A stretch of 44,325 nt of DNA, taken from positions 1-44,325 of the forward strand of contig JBDRBF010000034.1 of assembly GCA_043822925.1 (NCBI GenBank), given 5' to 3'. The stretch is from a bacterium (lineage in GTDB: Bacteria; Babelota; Babeliae; Babelales; RVW-14). Under the pieces are notes generated by a model. That model was not told the origin of the DNA. It was given only the letters and a program-made list of their open reading frames with translations, and searched no databases. This document shows positions 29,242 to 39,420 of this stretch, one piece after another (position 1 is the stretch's first letter; each line of letters opens with the position of its first letter). A program made the translations under genes and the position numbers.

Positions 29242-30792
29242 ATGTTTATGCCTAAAATTTTTCCCGTAACTTGTCATACAGATCGTGTTGGCCCTGGTTC
29301 TACATATGTTGCTATTGCTGGGTTCAAGCAGGATGGTTCTGTGTATGTTCAAGATGCTCTTAAGCGTGGGGCTACGACGATAGTTGTACAAAAAAGTGAG
29401 CAAATTTTCACTCAGCTTGGTATAGAATCGGGGCAAGATTGTGTAATACGTGATGGCGTGACGTATTTAGTTGTTGATGATGCACGTATTGCTTTGGCCG
29501 AACTTTCACGTAAAACGTTGGGAGATCCAGCCTCAAAGCTCAAGATTATTGGTATTACGGGAACAAAAGGCAAGTCGACGACAACGTGGCTCATCGAACA
29601 TTTCTTGCGTGCGCAGGGGTACAAGACGGCGCTTATTGGTGGCATTAAAAATAGAATTTTAGACGAAGAAGAAGATAGTACGCTCACGACACCAAGTAGC
29701 GATTATTTACATATGTTTTTTGCTGAGTGTGTAAAACGTGGCGTTTCGCACGTTGTCATGGAAGTTTCTGCACATGCCCTGAGCTTGTACCGGGTTCATG
29801 GTTTGGAATTTGTTGCTGTTGGTTTTACTAATTTAGATCCAGAGCACATGGATTTTTATAAAAATTTAGACGAATATTTCGATGCAAAATATCTGTTGTT
29901 TTCGCAGGTTCAAGATGGTGGAACGATTGTTATAAATCGTGATAATCCGCGGGGATCCAAAGCGAGCCTAAAGCTATCGCATAATAAGAGTGCAGCGCTT
30001 GAACGAAAACATGATGTGTTGCTTGGCCACGTACATGAACAGGTAAAAGAGCAAACAATAATATCGTTTGGTCAAAAATTACAAAGCAATCAAGAGCTCA
30101 TACTGTTTGGCGTACATGATGCTCATTTTTTAGTTGAGCAAGATGGAATTTCAGGTCTTAAATTTAATCTCGAACGAGCACTACAAGTGTTATCTCAAGT
30201 ATTATCTATAGAAACGCCAAAGATTTTTGGGATTTTTAATGTCTATAATATTTCTATGGCTGCTTTAATTTGCTTAAATTTGGGAGTGCAAAAAGAAGTT
30301 TTGCAGGAAGCTATAAAAAATTTCACGGGAGTTCCGGGGCGCTTACAAGTACACATTTTAAAAAATGGCGCGCGTGCATTTGTTGACTATGCTCATAACC
30401 CATCTTCTATGCTGGCTGTTTTGCAGGTTTTGCGAAAATTAAGTAAGCATCTTATTGTTGTTTTTGGCTGTGGCGGGGACCGTGATAAGACCAAACGCCC
30501 AGTAATGGGTGCTTTATCTGCCGAGATTGCTGACGTAACCATTGTTACGAGCGATAACCCACGCACAGAAGATCCAACACAAATAATACAAGAAATTTTG
30601 GCTGGGATATCTCTTGAACAACGAGAACATGTTGTGTGCGAGCCTGATCGTTATAAAGCAATAGAGCTTGCAGTCTCACGTTCACATAAAGACTCTGTGA
30701 TCGCACTATTGGGCAAAGGTCACGAAGAAAAATATGTGAGCCAGGGCAAAACAATATTTTTTAGCGATTTTCAAGAAATCTCACGATTTTAA
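29242..30792 (+). CDS. murE: UDP-N-acetylmuramoyl-L-alanyl-D-glutamate--2,6-diaminopimelate ligase
   Basis: GITGTKGKSTT, MEVSAH, VDYAHNP, VFGCGGDRDKTKRP, SDNPRTE (DNPR indicates meso-DAP type), GKGHE. Confidence 0.95.
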   Translation: MFMPKIFPVTCHTDRVGPGSTYVAIAGFKQDGSVYVQDALKRGATTIVVQKSEQIFTQLGIESGQDCVIRDGVTYLVVDDARIALAELSRKTLGDPASKLKIIGITGTKGKSTTTWLIEHFLRAQGYKTALIGGIKNRILDEEEDSTLTTPSSDYLHMFFAECVKRGVSHVVMEVSAHALSLYRVHGLEFVAVGFTNLDPEHMDFYKNLDEYFDAKYLLFSQVQDGGTIVINRDNPRGSKASLKLSHNKSAALERKHDVLLGHVHEQVKEQTIISFGQKLQSNQELILFGVHDAHFLVEQDGISGLKFNLERALQVLSQVLSIETPKIFGIFNVYNISMAALICLNLGVQKEVLQEAIKNFTGVPGRLQVHILKNGARAFVDYAHNPSSMLAVLQVLRKLSKHLIVVFGCGGDRDKTKRPVMGALSAEIADVTIVTSDNPRTEDPTQIIQEILAGISLEQREHVVCEPDRYKAIELAVSRSHKDSVIALLGKGHEEKYVSQGKTIFFSDFQEISRF

Positions 30793-30800
30793 GTGTGATG

Positions 30801-32489
30801 TTAATCAAGAATCATAAATTTGTTTTTTACGTAGTCCCACGTAATAAATATGAGTTTTTTGTTTAAGTGTTTTTTATCGAGTACGATGCTTATTTCATAG
30901 ATGTGACCGGTGTTTTTATCTGTTTTATGTACTGTTTTGTTTCCCATTGGCATTTCGCCTCCGCCCCAGCTATCCCACCATAGTTTTTGCGGATCAAGAG
31001 ATTTGAGTTTGAAACCGTTTTCTATTTGTTCGATTTTTAGGTGATTTTTTTCATTGGTTGCTTGAGTGCGGGCAAAGAGGCTTAAATCAAAATAAATGGG
31101 TTGTGATTCGTTCAGCCCACACATCCATAGTTGTTGGGCTAGCGCTGTACTAAATGTTGATCGTGGTATGCCTATAAAGCATAGTGGGCCTGAGTTTATG
31201 TTTTTGTGTGCAAGTAATTCGGAGATTACATCTGCTTTATCTTTTAAAAAGAGGCCTCGTGTTTTTAATCTGCTTGAAACAAAAAAAATGTTGCCACCCA
31301 GGATTACCAGAGCAATTAAAGTCGTAATTTTTTTAAGTTTAATATGATGAGCATAATCAGTGTTTTTGAAAAGTAACAAAATCATGAATATGTATAATGG
31401 CAGTGAAAAATAAAAATATCGCAATGTGTAGTGTTTTAATATTGCAGGCCACAAAAATAAAATTGTGCTTACAAAAAAGAAAATTATAATTTTTTTCTGT
31501 TTGTTTTTATAAAACAGAAAGAGCAAAAGACTGAGTACTAATAAAACAAGAGAACCTTTGAGTATTTGATTGCCCGATGGAATAAATGAAATATTACAGA
31601 TATCGACTAAGAAACTTATTAAATCTGCCGTGCGTGTTTTTAGGCTAAATATGAGATTGTTTATGCTTGTTGAGACCGTTAGGCTTGTTTGGTTGTTGTT
31701 TTTTATGCACGCCATAAATCTTGCGATTAAGAAGAATATGGTGACGCTCCACAAAAATATGGTTTTTTTAAAAAAAGAAAAAAAGCTTTTGCCTAAATAA
31801 GTGGGTAATTGTAATGGTTTTCTTAAGAAATCGTATATTAAAAAACATGAAGTAATAAAGAGTGGGAAAACAATTGTAAATTCAAATAAAAAAACAGCTA
31901 TTGCATATAAGCTGCATGATAAAAGTAAGTATGCGATTTTATTTTTTTTGAGCGAATAAAAAAATAAGATAGTTGCTAAGATCAGAAAGTTAAGGCTTGT
32001 TGTATATGGTTGTGCAGCAATCCAGCTCATCCACCCCCATAAGCTTATATGATAGGCGAAAAACAAAGCTCCCCATATAGCCCAAAAATACGAAATAAAA
32101 AACAAAAACAGGTTAAACAAAAGAGCTGCATTAAGAGCATGAAAGAAGATCATAATAAGTACGTATCCATAGGGCCATGCGCCAAATAATGTATATTGAA
32201 TTCCAAAGAATACAAGCGTGATTGGGCGATAAAAACCGCTCATAGATCCAATAAAGTTGTGTTGAGGGGCACTGTAGTTTGACGGGAGATAGAGGCCGTA
32301 TTGATCACTTATTTTAAATAAATTAATAAAGCTTTGTAGGTTTATAAATCGAGATCCTAGAATTACGCCGCAGTCATCAATGTCAAACCCCCAGTTTGAG
32401 CTTAAGATGCTCAGGGGTATAAAAACGCATAAAAAAATGGCGATAGAATATAAAAAGTTTTTGTGTTTTTCGGTAAAAGAATAAAGCAT
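30801..32489 (-). CDS. GT-C-like membrane glycosyltransferase (DD/YRP family, paralog 1)
   Basis: NWGFDIDD, FYRPI, FHALN, FAYH, RYFY; many TM; C-terminal SLDP..LW...ITWDY domain. Confidence 0.72.
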   Translation of the reverse strand: MLYSFTEKHKNFLYSIAIFLCVFIPLSILSSNWGFDIDDCGVILGSRFINLQSFINLFKISDQYGLYLPSNYSAPQHNFIGSMSGFYRPITLVFFGIQYTLFGAWPYGYVLIMIFFHALNAALLFNLFLFFISYFWAIWGALFFAYHISLWGWMSWIAAQPYTTSLNFLILATILFFYSLKKNKIAYLLLSCSLYAIAVFLFEFTIVFPLFITSCFLIYDFLRKPLQLPTYLGKSFFSFFKKTIFLWSVTIFFLIARFMACIKNNNQTSLTVSTSINNLIFSLKTRTADLISFLVDICNISFIPSGNQILKGSLVLLVLSLLLFLFYKNKQKKIIIFFFVSTILFLWPAILKHYTLRYFYFSLPLYIFMILLLFKNTDYAHHIKLKKITTLIALVILGGNIFFVSSRLKTRGLFLKDKADVISELLAHKNINSGPLCFIGIPRSTFSTALAQQLWMCGLNESQPIYFDLSLFARTQATNEKNHLKIEQIENGFKLKSLDPQKLWWDSWGGGEMPMGNKTVHKTDKNTGHIYEISIVLDKKHLNKKLIFITWDYVKNKFMILD

Positions 32490-32492
32490 TCT

Positions 32493-33227
32493 TTATCTTT
32501 CTTTTTTGTAGATACCATAAATTGTTAGCCCAAATGGGAATTTTATTCTTTTAGAAATGAGCCAATTTTCACATCTAAGAAGTGTATAAAAGATATCGTT
32601 TAAGATTTTTGGAAATTGGTGAAAACTCGATGGGCCTGAATCGTATGTTAATTTTTTTTGTGTTTTTTTTGGCAAAATTAAGAAGAAGGCTGCTGGTAAA
32701 AACAGGAAAAAAAACCAGGAGCCGAGTGTTTGCTTTTTAAAATCTTTTAAAAGTTTTTGTATGTGAGTTTTATTGTATCTGCGTTGGTGTCCTAAAATAG
32801 TGTCTCGATTACTGTACAAGGTGTTATATGCTGGAACGGTAAAAGCAAAGTGCCCGTTTGGTTTAAGTACTCGGTGAATCTCGGTGATTACTTTTTGGTC
32901 TTGTTCTATATGCTCAAGAACATCAAAAGCAACGACTAAGTCAAAGCTTTGATTCTCATAGGGGAGGTTGCAGGCATCGCCGATTTTTTTTTCAACAACT
33001 AAATAATCAGGTATTAAATCGAGTGTTTTTTGGTCTATATCAAGAGCGTGTACCTGTCCGAATTTTTTTATAGATGCAATATCTTCGCCGGTTCCAGCAC
33101 CGATATCCAAAATTTTTAGATTTTGTGTGTGATTTAATTTTTTTAATAAAACTTCGATAAATTGAGCTTTTGCTTTAAACCAAAAGCTTTCTTGTATGGC
33201 GCCTGCCTGAAAATCTTTGTAGTCCAC
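32493..33227 (-). CDS. Class I SAM-dependent methyltransferase
   Basis: ILDIGAGTG, FDVLEHI, LKPNG, TVPAY, GHQRRY; GTG start at 33227 with AAGGAG RBS. Confidence 0.88.
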   Translation of the reverse strand: MDYKDFQAGAIQESFWFKAKAQFIEVLLKKLNHTQNLKILDIGAGTGEDIASIKKFGQVHALDIDQKTLDLIPDYLVVEKKIGDACNLPYENQSFDLVVAFDVLEHIEQDQKVITEIHRVLKPNGHFAFTVPAYNTLYSNRDTILGHQRRYNKTHIQKLLKDFKKQTLGSWFFFLFLPAAFFLILPKKTQKKLTYDSGPSSFHQFPKILNDIFYTLLRCENWLISKRIKFPFGLTIYGIYKKER

Positions 33228-33297
33228 GAAGATCTCCTTCTCTTTTTTTTTGTAGCGTATAGCATTAAAAAAATAATTAATATAGGGAGTATGCAAT

Positions 33298-34323
33298 ATG
33301 AAGAATAATCTGTTATCAGTTATTATCCCAGTATTTAATGAACAAGAAAATATTTTAGAATTATATCAAGAGCTTAATATCGTTTTGAAAAAACTAACGG
33401 TTTTTTCTGATTATGAGCTTATTGTTGTGAACGATGGCAGTATCGATGCTTCGCTTAGTATCTTAAAAAAAATGGCGGTGCATGATGTCCGTGTCAAAAT
33501 AGTTTCTTTTACGCGTAATTTTGGTCATGAATCTGCAACGTACGCTGGAATAATGCATGCATGTGGCGATGCTGTTGTACTTATTGATGCAGATCGTCAA
33601 GATCCGCCAGAGCTTATTCTTGAGTTTGAAAAAGAATTTGCCAATGGCTATCACATTGTGTACGGTCAGCGCGAAAAACGCTTAAATGAGACGTTTGTAA
33701 AAAAATTAACGTCAAAAGCTTTTTATCCAACGTTCAGGTTTTTAACAAAAGTAGATATACCGCGTGATGTTGGTGATTTTTGTTTGCTGAGCCGTAAAGC
33801 TATCGATTGTATTAAGCAAATGCCCGAGAAAACGATTTTTATTCGCGGTCTTATTTATTGGTCTGGTTTATCAAAAAAGGCTGTATTTTTTATTCGCAGG
33901 AGCCGGGGTGGGGGCACGTCAAAATACAATTATAGAAAACTGACGATTTTTGCGCTTGAAAATATTATTTCGTTTTCGACTGTTCCCATTTACTTTATCT
34001 TAGCATTTTCGTTATTTATTATAGCCGCATGTGTTATTGGTACGATTAGTGCTTTTTTGATGCATATGTTTGGATATGTTGTTATGACAGGTTGGACGTC
34101 ACTTATCATGTGCATGCTTTTTTTGTTTGCATGTACGTTATTTTTCTTGGGCATTATTGGGCTTTATGTCGGTAAAATTTTTCAGGAAGTTAAGAGTAGG
34201 CCTGTTTTTCTTGTTAACGAAAAAATTAATTTTGAGTTGGCAGGTGTGCAGCCTGCTCATAAGACGACAATACAAGCCCAAGAACCTGGACAGGTAATTT
34301 TGGGGCAAGAAAATAGATTATAA
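33298..34323 (+). CDS. GtrB/ArnC-like GT2 polyprenyl-phosphate glycosyltransferase
   Basis: SVIIPVFNE, VNDGS.D, RNFGH, IDADRQDPPE, GDFCL, two C-terminal TM helices, EVKSRP. Confidence 0.9.
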   Translation: MKNNLLSVIIPVFNEQENILELYQELNIVLKKLTVFSDYELIVVNDGSIDASLSILKKMAVHDVRVKIVSFTRNFGHESATYAGIMHACGDAVVLIDADRQDPPELILEFEKEFANGYHIVYGQREKRLNETFVKKLTSKAFYPTFRFLTKVDIPRDVGDFCLLSRKAIDCIKQMPEKTIFIRGLIYWSGLSKKAVFFIRRSRGGGTSKYNYRKLTIFALENIISFSTVPIYFILAFSLFIIAACVIGTISAFLMHMFGYVVMTGWTSLIMCMLFLFACTLFFLGIIGLYVGKIFQEVKSRPVFLVNEKINFELAGVQPAHKTTIQAQEPGQVILGQENRL

Positions 34324-34346
34324 AAAGATAAAAAAATAAAAATAAC

Positions 34347-36002
34347 ATGAGAAACTTTCTCTTTTTTAATACCTGGTTACAACATAAAAAAATAATTTTG
34401 GCACTTACTCTTTTTGTGTTGGTTGTTTGTTTTCTTGGGCTTCCGTATACAAATTGGGGTTTTAAGACTGACGATTTTGGAAATATTTTTCATTGCAAGA
34501 TATACGGCTGGCAAACAATAAAGCAATTTTTTACTGAAGGGAACATGGAGAGGTTTAATTACCCCTCAAATGGTGGTGCAACATCGCAATCGTTTTTTTG
34601 TGGGCTTTATCGTCCGATCTCTTTTATTTATTATTTTATACAATATTATTTTTTTGGAGCGTCACCATATGGGTATTTTCTTGTAACTATTATTTTTCAT
34701 GCACTTAATAGTGTCTTATTATTTTATTTGTTTACGCATATATTTTCTCTTTTGTGGGCATTTTTAGCTGCACTTTTATTCGCTTTTCACCCCAGTCTTT
34801 ATAATTGGCTTGGTTGGGTGAGCGCGCAAACCTATTTTATTGAACTGTTTGTTTTATTACTTTTGATTCTTGCTTTGAAAAAGTATGTCGATACACGCAA
34901 TATATTATTGTATGTTCTGTCCTGTTTTTTGTTTTTGATAAATCTTTTTCTTAAAGAAGCGACTGTTTTTTTGCCTGCATGGGTTATGTTTGCTGTTTAT
35001 TTGTATATAAAACAAACAGCCGTGATTAACAAGCATCCTGTTAAATTGAGTATAGTGATTTCTCTTGGCTACTGGTTTGTGAGTATATTTTACTGTCTGG
35101 TCCGGCTTTCTATGTTTCCCCTTAATTCAAATACGGGAACGCTTACGTTTGAGCCAACACTTGTATCGTTTGTTGCGCGCATGAAGTCTAGAGTGTTTGA
35201 CTTTGTAACATATGTGACAGACATGATTGGCATATCTTGGATTTCTGGTGATCACCGGGTTATTAAGGGCTTTATTGTTGCATCTTTATTTAGTTTATTA
35301 ATTATTTGTTTTATAAAAAGTTCGAAAAAATTACAGATGAGCTTTTGCTTTTTAAGCATGCTTTTGTTTGGTTGGCCTGCTCTTTTAATGCACTATCAGC
35401 CTCGTTATATTTATATGTCTATCCCCTTTTTTATAGTTTTTGTTTTTTTGTCTTTTGAAACTATTCGGCAGGGGGCTCATGTTTGTTTTGTGCAGCATTT
35501 AAAACCTGTTTTTATTGTTTTTGTATTTTTATTTGTTGCGTTTAACGTGACGTTTTTAACGAGTAAACTTAGGCAGCGTGAAGCTGTTTTTGGATCTGTT
35601 ACTCAGGCTTTTAAAGAGCTACTTGTTCATGATGAGACAAAAAATAGAACTCTTTATTTTATGGGGTTACCAACGCAGTGGTTTGCTATGGGAACTGCTC
35701 AAGCTATTTGGTTGCTGCGTGGTGATAGTTCTTGCCCGGTGAATCAAGATGGTCCTGTCGTTGGACTAGTAGGTTATGATAGTTATTTGCAAGTGCCTAT
35801 TTTAGATGGTGATTATCTTGATATTAAAATGTATGATAATGGCTTTGAGTTTATATCTCTTGATCCTGCTCAGCTTTGGTTTGTTCGTGATAAACAAGTT
35901 TGTTCTAAAATATTTATCGAGATTCCCGAAAAATATCGAGAACAAGATCCCGTGTATATTACGTGGGACTATCATAATGCAAGATTTAAAATTTTAAAAT
36001 AA
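34347..36002 (+). CDS. GT-C-like membrane glycosyltransferase (DD/YRP family, paralog 2)
   Basis: NWGFKTDD, LYRPI, FHALN, LFAFHP, KE, PRYIY, SLDPAQLW, ITWDY. Confidence 0.75.
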   Translation: MRNFLFFNTWLQHKKIILALTLFVLVVCFLGLPYTNWGFKTDDFGNIFHCKIYGWQTIKQFFTEGNMERFNYPSNGGATSQSFFCGLYRPISFIYYFIQYYFFGASPYGYFLVTIIFHALNSVLLFYLFTHIFSLLWAFLAALLFAFHPSLYNWLGWVSAQTYFIELFVLLLLILALKKYVDTRNILLYVLSCFLFLINLFLKEATVFLPAWVMFAVYLYIKQTAVINKHPVKLSIVISLGYWFVSIFYCLVRLSMFPLNSNTGTLTFEPTLVSFVARMKSRVFDFVTYVTDMIGISWISGDHRVIKGFIVASLFSLLIICFIKSSKKLQMSFCFLSMLLFGWPALLMHYQPRYIYMSIPFFIVFVFLSFETIRQGAHVCFVQHLKPVFIVFVFLFVAFNVTFLTSKLRQREAVFGSVTQAFKELLVHDETKNRTLYFMGLPTQWFAMGTAQAIWLLRGDSSCPVNQDGPVVGLVGYDSYLQVPILDGDYLDIKMYDNGFEFISLDPAQLWFVRDKQVCSKIFIEIPEKYREQDPVYITWDYHNARFKILK

Positions 36003-36063
36003 TAGAGCGTGCAAGCATATACGTGAAATGCGTGTACAAAAATATGTGATATAGGGGGCGAGT

Positions 36064-37827
36064 GTGCTAAAAAATTATGTCACGAGTCATAAGCGTCTAT
36101 TTATATCTCTTATTATTTTTGCAGGTGTATTTTGTTTGCTGGGGTTGCCATTTACTCATTGGTGGTTTTATGGCGCAGACGACTTTCATGCGTTATTTTT
36201 AGCGTATAAAACAAAGACCTGGAAAGAGTTGCTCTATTTTTTTTATAATGGGAATGTGGGGCAGGGAGCTGGTCCATCAAATTTTGTTCTGTCTCTTGAA
36301 CGTACGTCGTTTTTTAGCACATATTATCGACCTATTTATCTTGTTTTACATGCGCTTGAATATTGGTTTTTTGGGCTAAATGCGTATTGCTTTTTTCTTG
36401 TCTCTGTTTTTTTTCACGCGTGTAATACTGTTATTTTATTTAATATATTTTTATTATTTACTGGGTGCTGGGCTGCTGGTTTAACGGCTCTTATGTTCGC
36501 GTTTCACCCACAAATAGCATATCGTTTTGGTGCACTTGTAAATTTACACTACTATGTGAACGTTTTTCTTTTTTTACTCATGTTTCTCTCGTTTAAAAAA
36601 TATTTAGATACTCGAAAAGTACTTTTTTATGTGCTTGCCTGTTTGTTTTTTTGTTTATCTCTTTTTACACGGGAAACTACTATTGTATTACCTGCGCTTA
36701 TTATTCTGGGCATGTATTTATATACTAATAGTTACGAGTCTTACTCTTTTGGGCATTTTTTTAGGCAGCTTTGGCTCAATATAAAACTAACTTTTGGTTT
36801 TTGGCTTATTATGTTTTCTTTTCTTGGACTGCGCTTATTTTTGTATCCATTAAATTTTTTGCCCAAATTTTCGTCTGAGCACAAAAGCTTTTTTGTGTTT
36901 TGTAAATCGTTTATACGTACGCTTATGTCAAAATTTCCTGAATTTCAGGTGTTTGTGTATGATGCCCTGAGTTTATCTTGGTTGCCGTGGGGACATAAGC
37001 TTTTTCGGGGATTTCTTGTGAGCTTGTTACTTTTAATTTTAAGTTATTTTTTTATCAAAAATACAAAAAAGATATACGTTTTATATTTTTTGTTTTGTAC
37101 AATCTTGATGCTTTGGCCGGCGTTTATTGGGCCGTATAGCCCGCGGTACTTTTATGAAGCGTACCCGTTTATTTTAATCGCTTTTATTGTGCTTTTTCGC
37201 TTTTACAAAAACGGGTATAAAACTTGTTTTAGTTTTTTTATTATTAAGAAAATAGTTTTGCTCGTGTTTGGTTTGGTAATTATGGGTTTTGCTTTATTTT
37301 GTTTTGATAGTTTTGCTCGACGAGAAAAAAAGATGCACATTATGTTTGACGCTGTGTATGAGTTAGTAAAAGATGCACGGGTGTCTGGTAGGGCACTTTG
37401 TTTTTTAAGTTGGCCGCTTGAGAGCTTTGGCGAGCAAAATGCACCTATATTTTGGGTTTTATTTAATGATCCTGCACATCTTGTCTATTTTGATTCTGCA
37501 GGAGCTATTATGCAGGCTGACTCAAATATTGTTACGCCTACGCGTTGGGGTAATGTGATAAGTGATTTTTATGATCAAAATTATGTGACTATCTCACCGG
37601 TTAAAAATGGTTTTCGGTTCGTGTCTTTAAATTCACATAAAGCTTTTTTTACACTTGATAATGGCGGGTATACGGTAGGTCAAAAGATTATTAACAAAAC
37701 AGAATTGGTCGATAATCAAAAAGTTGTAACAGACTTTACGTTAATTATCGATCGACAGTATCTTGATAAAAATCTTGTGTATATTTCTTGGGATTATAAG
37801 CTTAAAAAATTTATAGTTATATCTTAG
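36064..37827 (+). CDS. GT-C-like membrane glycosyltransferase (DD/YRP family, paralog 3)
   Basis: WWFYGADD, YYRPI, FHACN, MFAFHP, RE, PRYFY, ISWDY; GTG start after GGGGG RBS. Confidence 0.75.
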   Translation: MLKNYVTSHKRLFISLIIFAGVFCLLGLPFTHWWFYGADDFHALFLAYKTKTWKELLYFFYNGNVGQGAGPSNFVLSLERTSFFSTYYRPIYLVLHALEYWFFGLNAYCFFLVSVFFHACNTVILFNIFLLFTGCWAAGLTALMFAFHPQIAYRFGALVNLHYYVNVFLFLLMFLSFKKYLDTRKVLFYVLACLFFCLSLFTRETTIVLPALIILGMYLYTNSYESYSFGHFFRQLWLNIKLTFGFWLIMFSFLGLRLFLYPLNFLPKFSSEHKSFFVFCKSFIRTLMSKFPEFQVFVYDALSLSWLPWGHKLFRGFLVSLLLLILSYFFIKNTKKIYVLYFLFCTILMLWPAFIGPYSPRYFYEAYPFILIAFIVLFRFYKNGYKTCFSFFIIKKIVLLVFGLVIMGFALFCFDSFARREKKMHIMFDAVYELVKDARVSGRALCFLSWPLESFGEQNAPIFWVLFNDPAHLVYFDSAGAIMQADSNIVTPTRWGNVISDFYDQNYVTISPVKNGFRFVSLNSHKAFFTLDNGGYTVGQKIINKTELVDNQKVVTDFTLIIDRQYLDKNLVYISWDYKLKKFIVIS

Positions 37828-38420
37828 TCCTGTTTTTTATGTTCAAATTTTGTAATATTTGTTTGTCTTATTTTCTTAAGATTTATTATGTAATCATTCA
37901 GAAGTTTTTCAATAATTAGACGTTCTTCGATGTGTTTAAGAGAATAGCAGGAGAGTGTAAGTATGCTTTTACTTATGAATGGGTATGGCATATTGAGTTT
38001 TGTGCAGTAGCTTAAAATAAAAATTAAATCATCGATTCGATCAATTGTGATTTGTTCGATATTTTTTGTTTTTAGATGGTTCAAAAGCGATTCGACGCCG
38101 CTATGGTTATGCTTGAAAATATAGAGAATAAAATCGCCTATCCATCCATAGGTTATATGGGAATTGATGGCTGATTTTTCCCATTCAGTATATGGTGAAA
38201 AGCCTTGATTTAATTCAATATCTTTTTCAGATAAGAATCGTCCATATATGGCATCGAGTATTTTTTTTAGGTTTTGTCGCTCTGAGACAATTTGGATCTT
38301 TATTTGATTTTGTTCGATATTGTCACGGTCAAATGGTTTCATGCTTTTAAGCATTGGTGCTGTAAGTAATATGCTGGATATTAATAGGGTATTGCGAACG
38401 AGTAAGTTACGTGTGATCAT
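37824..38420 (-). CDS. Hypothetical exported protein
   Basis: 198-aa ORF with signal-peptide-like N-terminus; no recognised motif. Confidence 0.6.
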   Translation of the reverse strand: MITRNLLVRNTLLISSILLTAPMLKSMKPFDRDNIEQNQIKIQIVSERQNLKKILDAIYGRFLSEKDIELNQGFSPYTEWEKSAINSHITYGWIGDFILYIFKHNHSGVESLLNHLKTKNIEQITIDRIDDLIFILSYCTKLNMPYPFISKSILTLSCYSLKHIEERLIIEKLLNDYIINLKKIRQTNITKFEHKKQD

Positions 38421-38457
38421 AAAATTTATTTCTCAGGTAAAAAGTTAAGTATCAGTT

Positions 38458-39393
38458 CTATTTAAATATCGTGCGAATTTTTCTTATAGCAGCTTTGTAT
38501 TTCCACTTTAATTGGATCGCAAATTCTTGAATTCTTGATTTGCTCTTTAAAATTTCAGGGTGCTTTGTTGCTATTTGGCTGTGTAGTTGCTGAAAATTTA
38601 GCCCCGTATTCGTTTGATCATCGAAGTGTTTTTCAACAATTTTTCCTAAATTATTTAGTTTTGGATCATAAAATATTCCGGTCCATTTAGCCAGGAAATT
38701 TTTTAAATCTTGTTTAAATTTCGCATAATTTGTATTTCGTATCGTAATATTAGCGTGTGGGTAGTGTTCTATGTATGAATCTGGGGAGTCTATGACCTCA
38801 TATCCCTGATGCCATAGTTTTAAACACAAATCACCGTCGGCGTTATAAAAGAAAAAGTTTTCTTCGTCGATATAGCCAACTTCTTGGAGTGCTTTATTTA
38901 GGTATAAACCATGATTTACGTAGAGCTTATCGCCGAGCGTGTATCCAACATGATAGTTTTGTTCTTTTGACCAATCTCGAAAGTAAAAAGCTACAGCGCC
39001 AATTCTTTTGTTTTGTTTGATTTGCGTTAGTGCATGTTTGTAGCCATTAAGAATGGCGTTTGGAATTACTAAACAATCATCGCTGAGCATGCAGATATAT
39101 TCGCCTTGGGCTGCTTTGAACGCCAGGTTCATGAAGTAGCCCCATGACCTGCGCTCGATCTCTTGTCCGTTCCATGTGCCTCGATTGTGCTGGATTATTG
39201 TTATTATATCTTTTTGTGTGTATAACCATTCGAGTGTTCCGTCGTTTGACCCGCCGTCGACGATTATTATTTCTGTTTTTTGTTTTAGTTCTTGGTTTAT
39301 ACGCGTTAGTTCTTCTCTGGCGCTGTGTATTGTTAGTTTTAAAAAACTTAATCGATTATACGAGCCGAGAATTACTGAAATTATTGGTTTCAT
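38458..39393 (-). CDS. Glycosyltransferase family 2
   Basis: ISVILGSYNR, IIVDGGSNDGT, LSDD, VGYIDE, DGDLC. Confidence 0.88.
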   Translation of the reverse strand: MKPIISVILGSYNRLSFLKLTIHSAREELTRINQELKQKTEIIIVDGGSNDGTLEWLYTQKDIITIIQHNRGTWNGQEIERRSWGYFMNLAFKAAQGEYICMLSDDCLVIPNAILNGYKHALTQIKQNKRIGAVAFYFRDWSKEQNYHVGYTLGDKLYVNHGLYLNKALQEVGYIDEENFFFYNADGDLCLKLWHQGYEVIDSPDSYIEHYPHANITIRNTNYAKFKQDLKNFLAKWTGIFYDPKLNNLGKIVEKHFDDQTNTGLNFQQLHSQIATKHPEILKSKSRIQEFAIQLKWKYKAAIRKIRTIFK

Positions 39394-39420
39394 ATTTTAT
39401 TCTTAATTATTGTTATTTTG

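Noticed and set aside
33228-33297. Divergent genes with starts 1 bp apart
   Set aside because: Artefact of longest-ORF calling; the methyltransferase has a GTG start with AAGGAG RBS at 33227, leaving 70 bp
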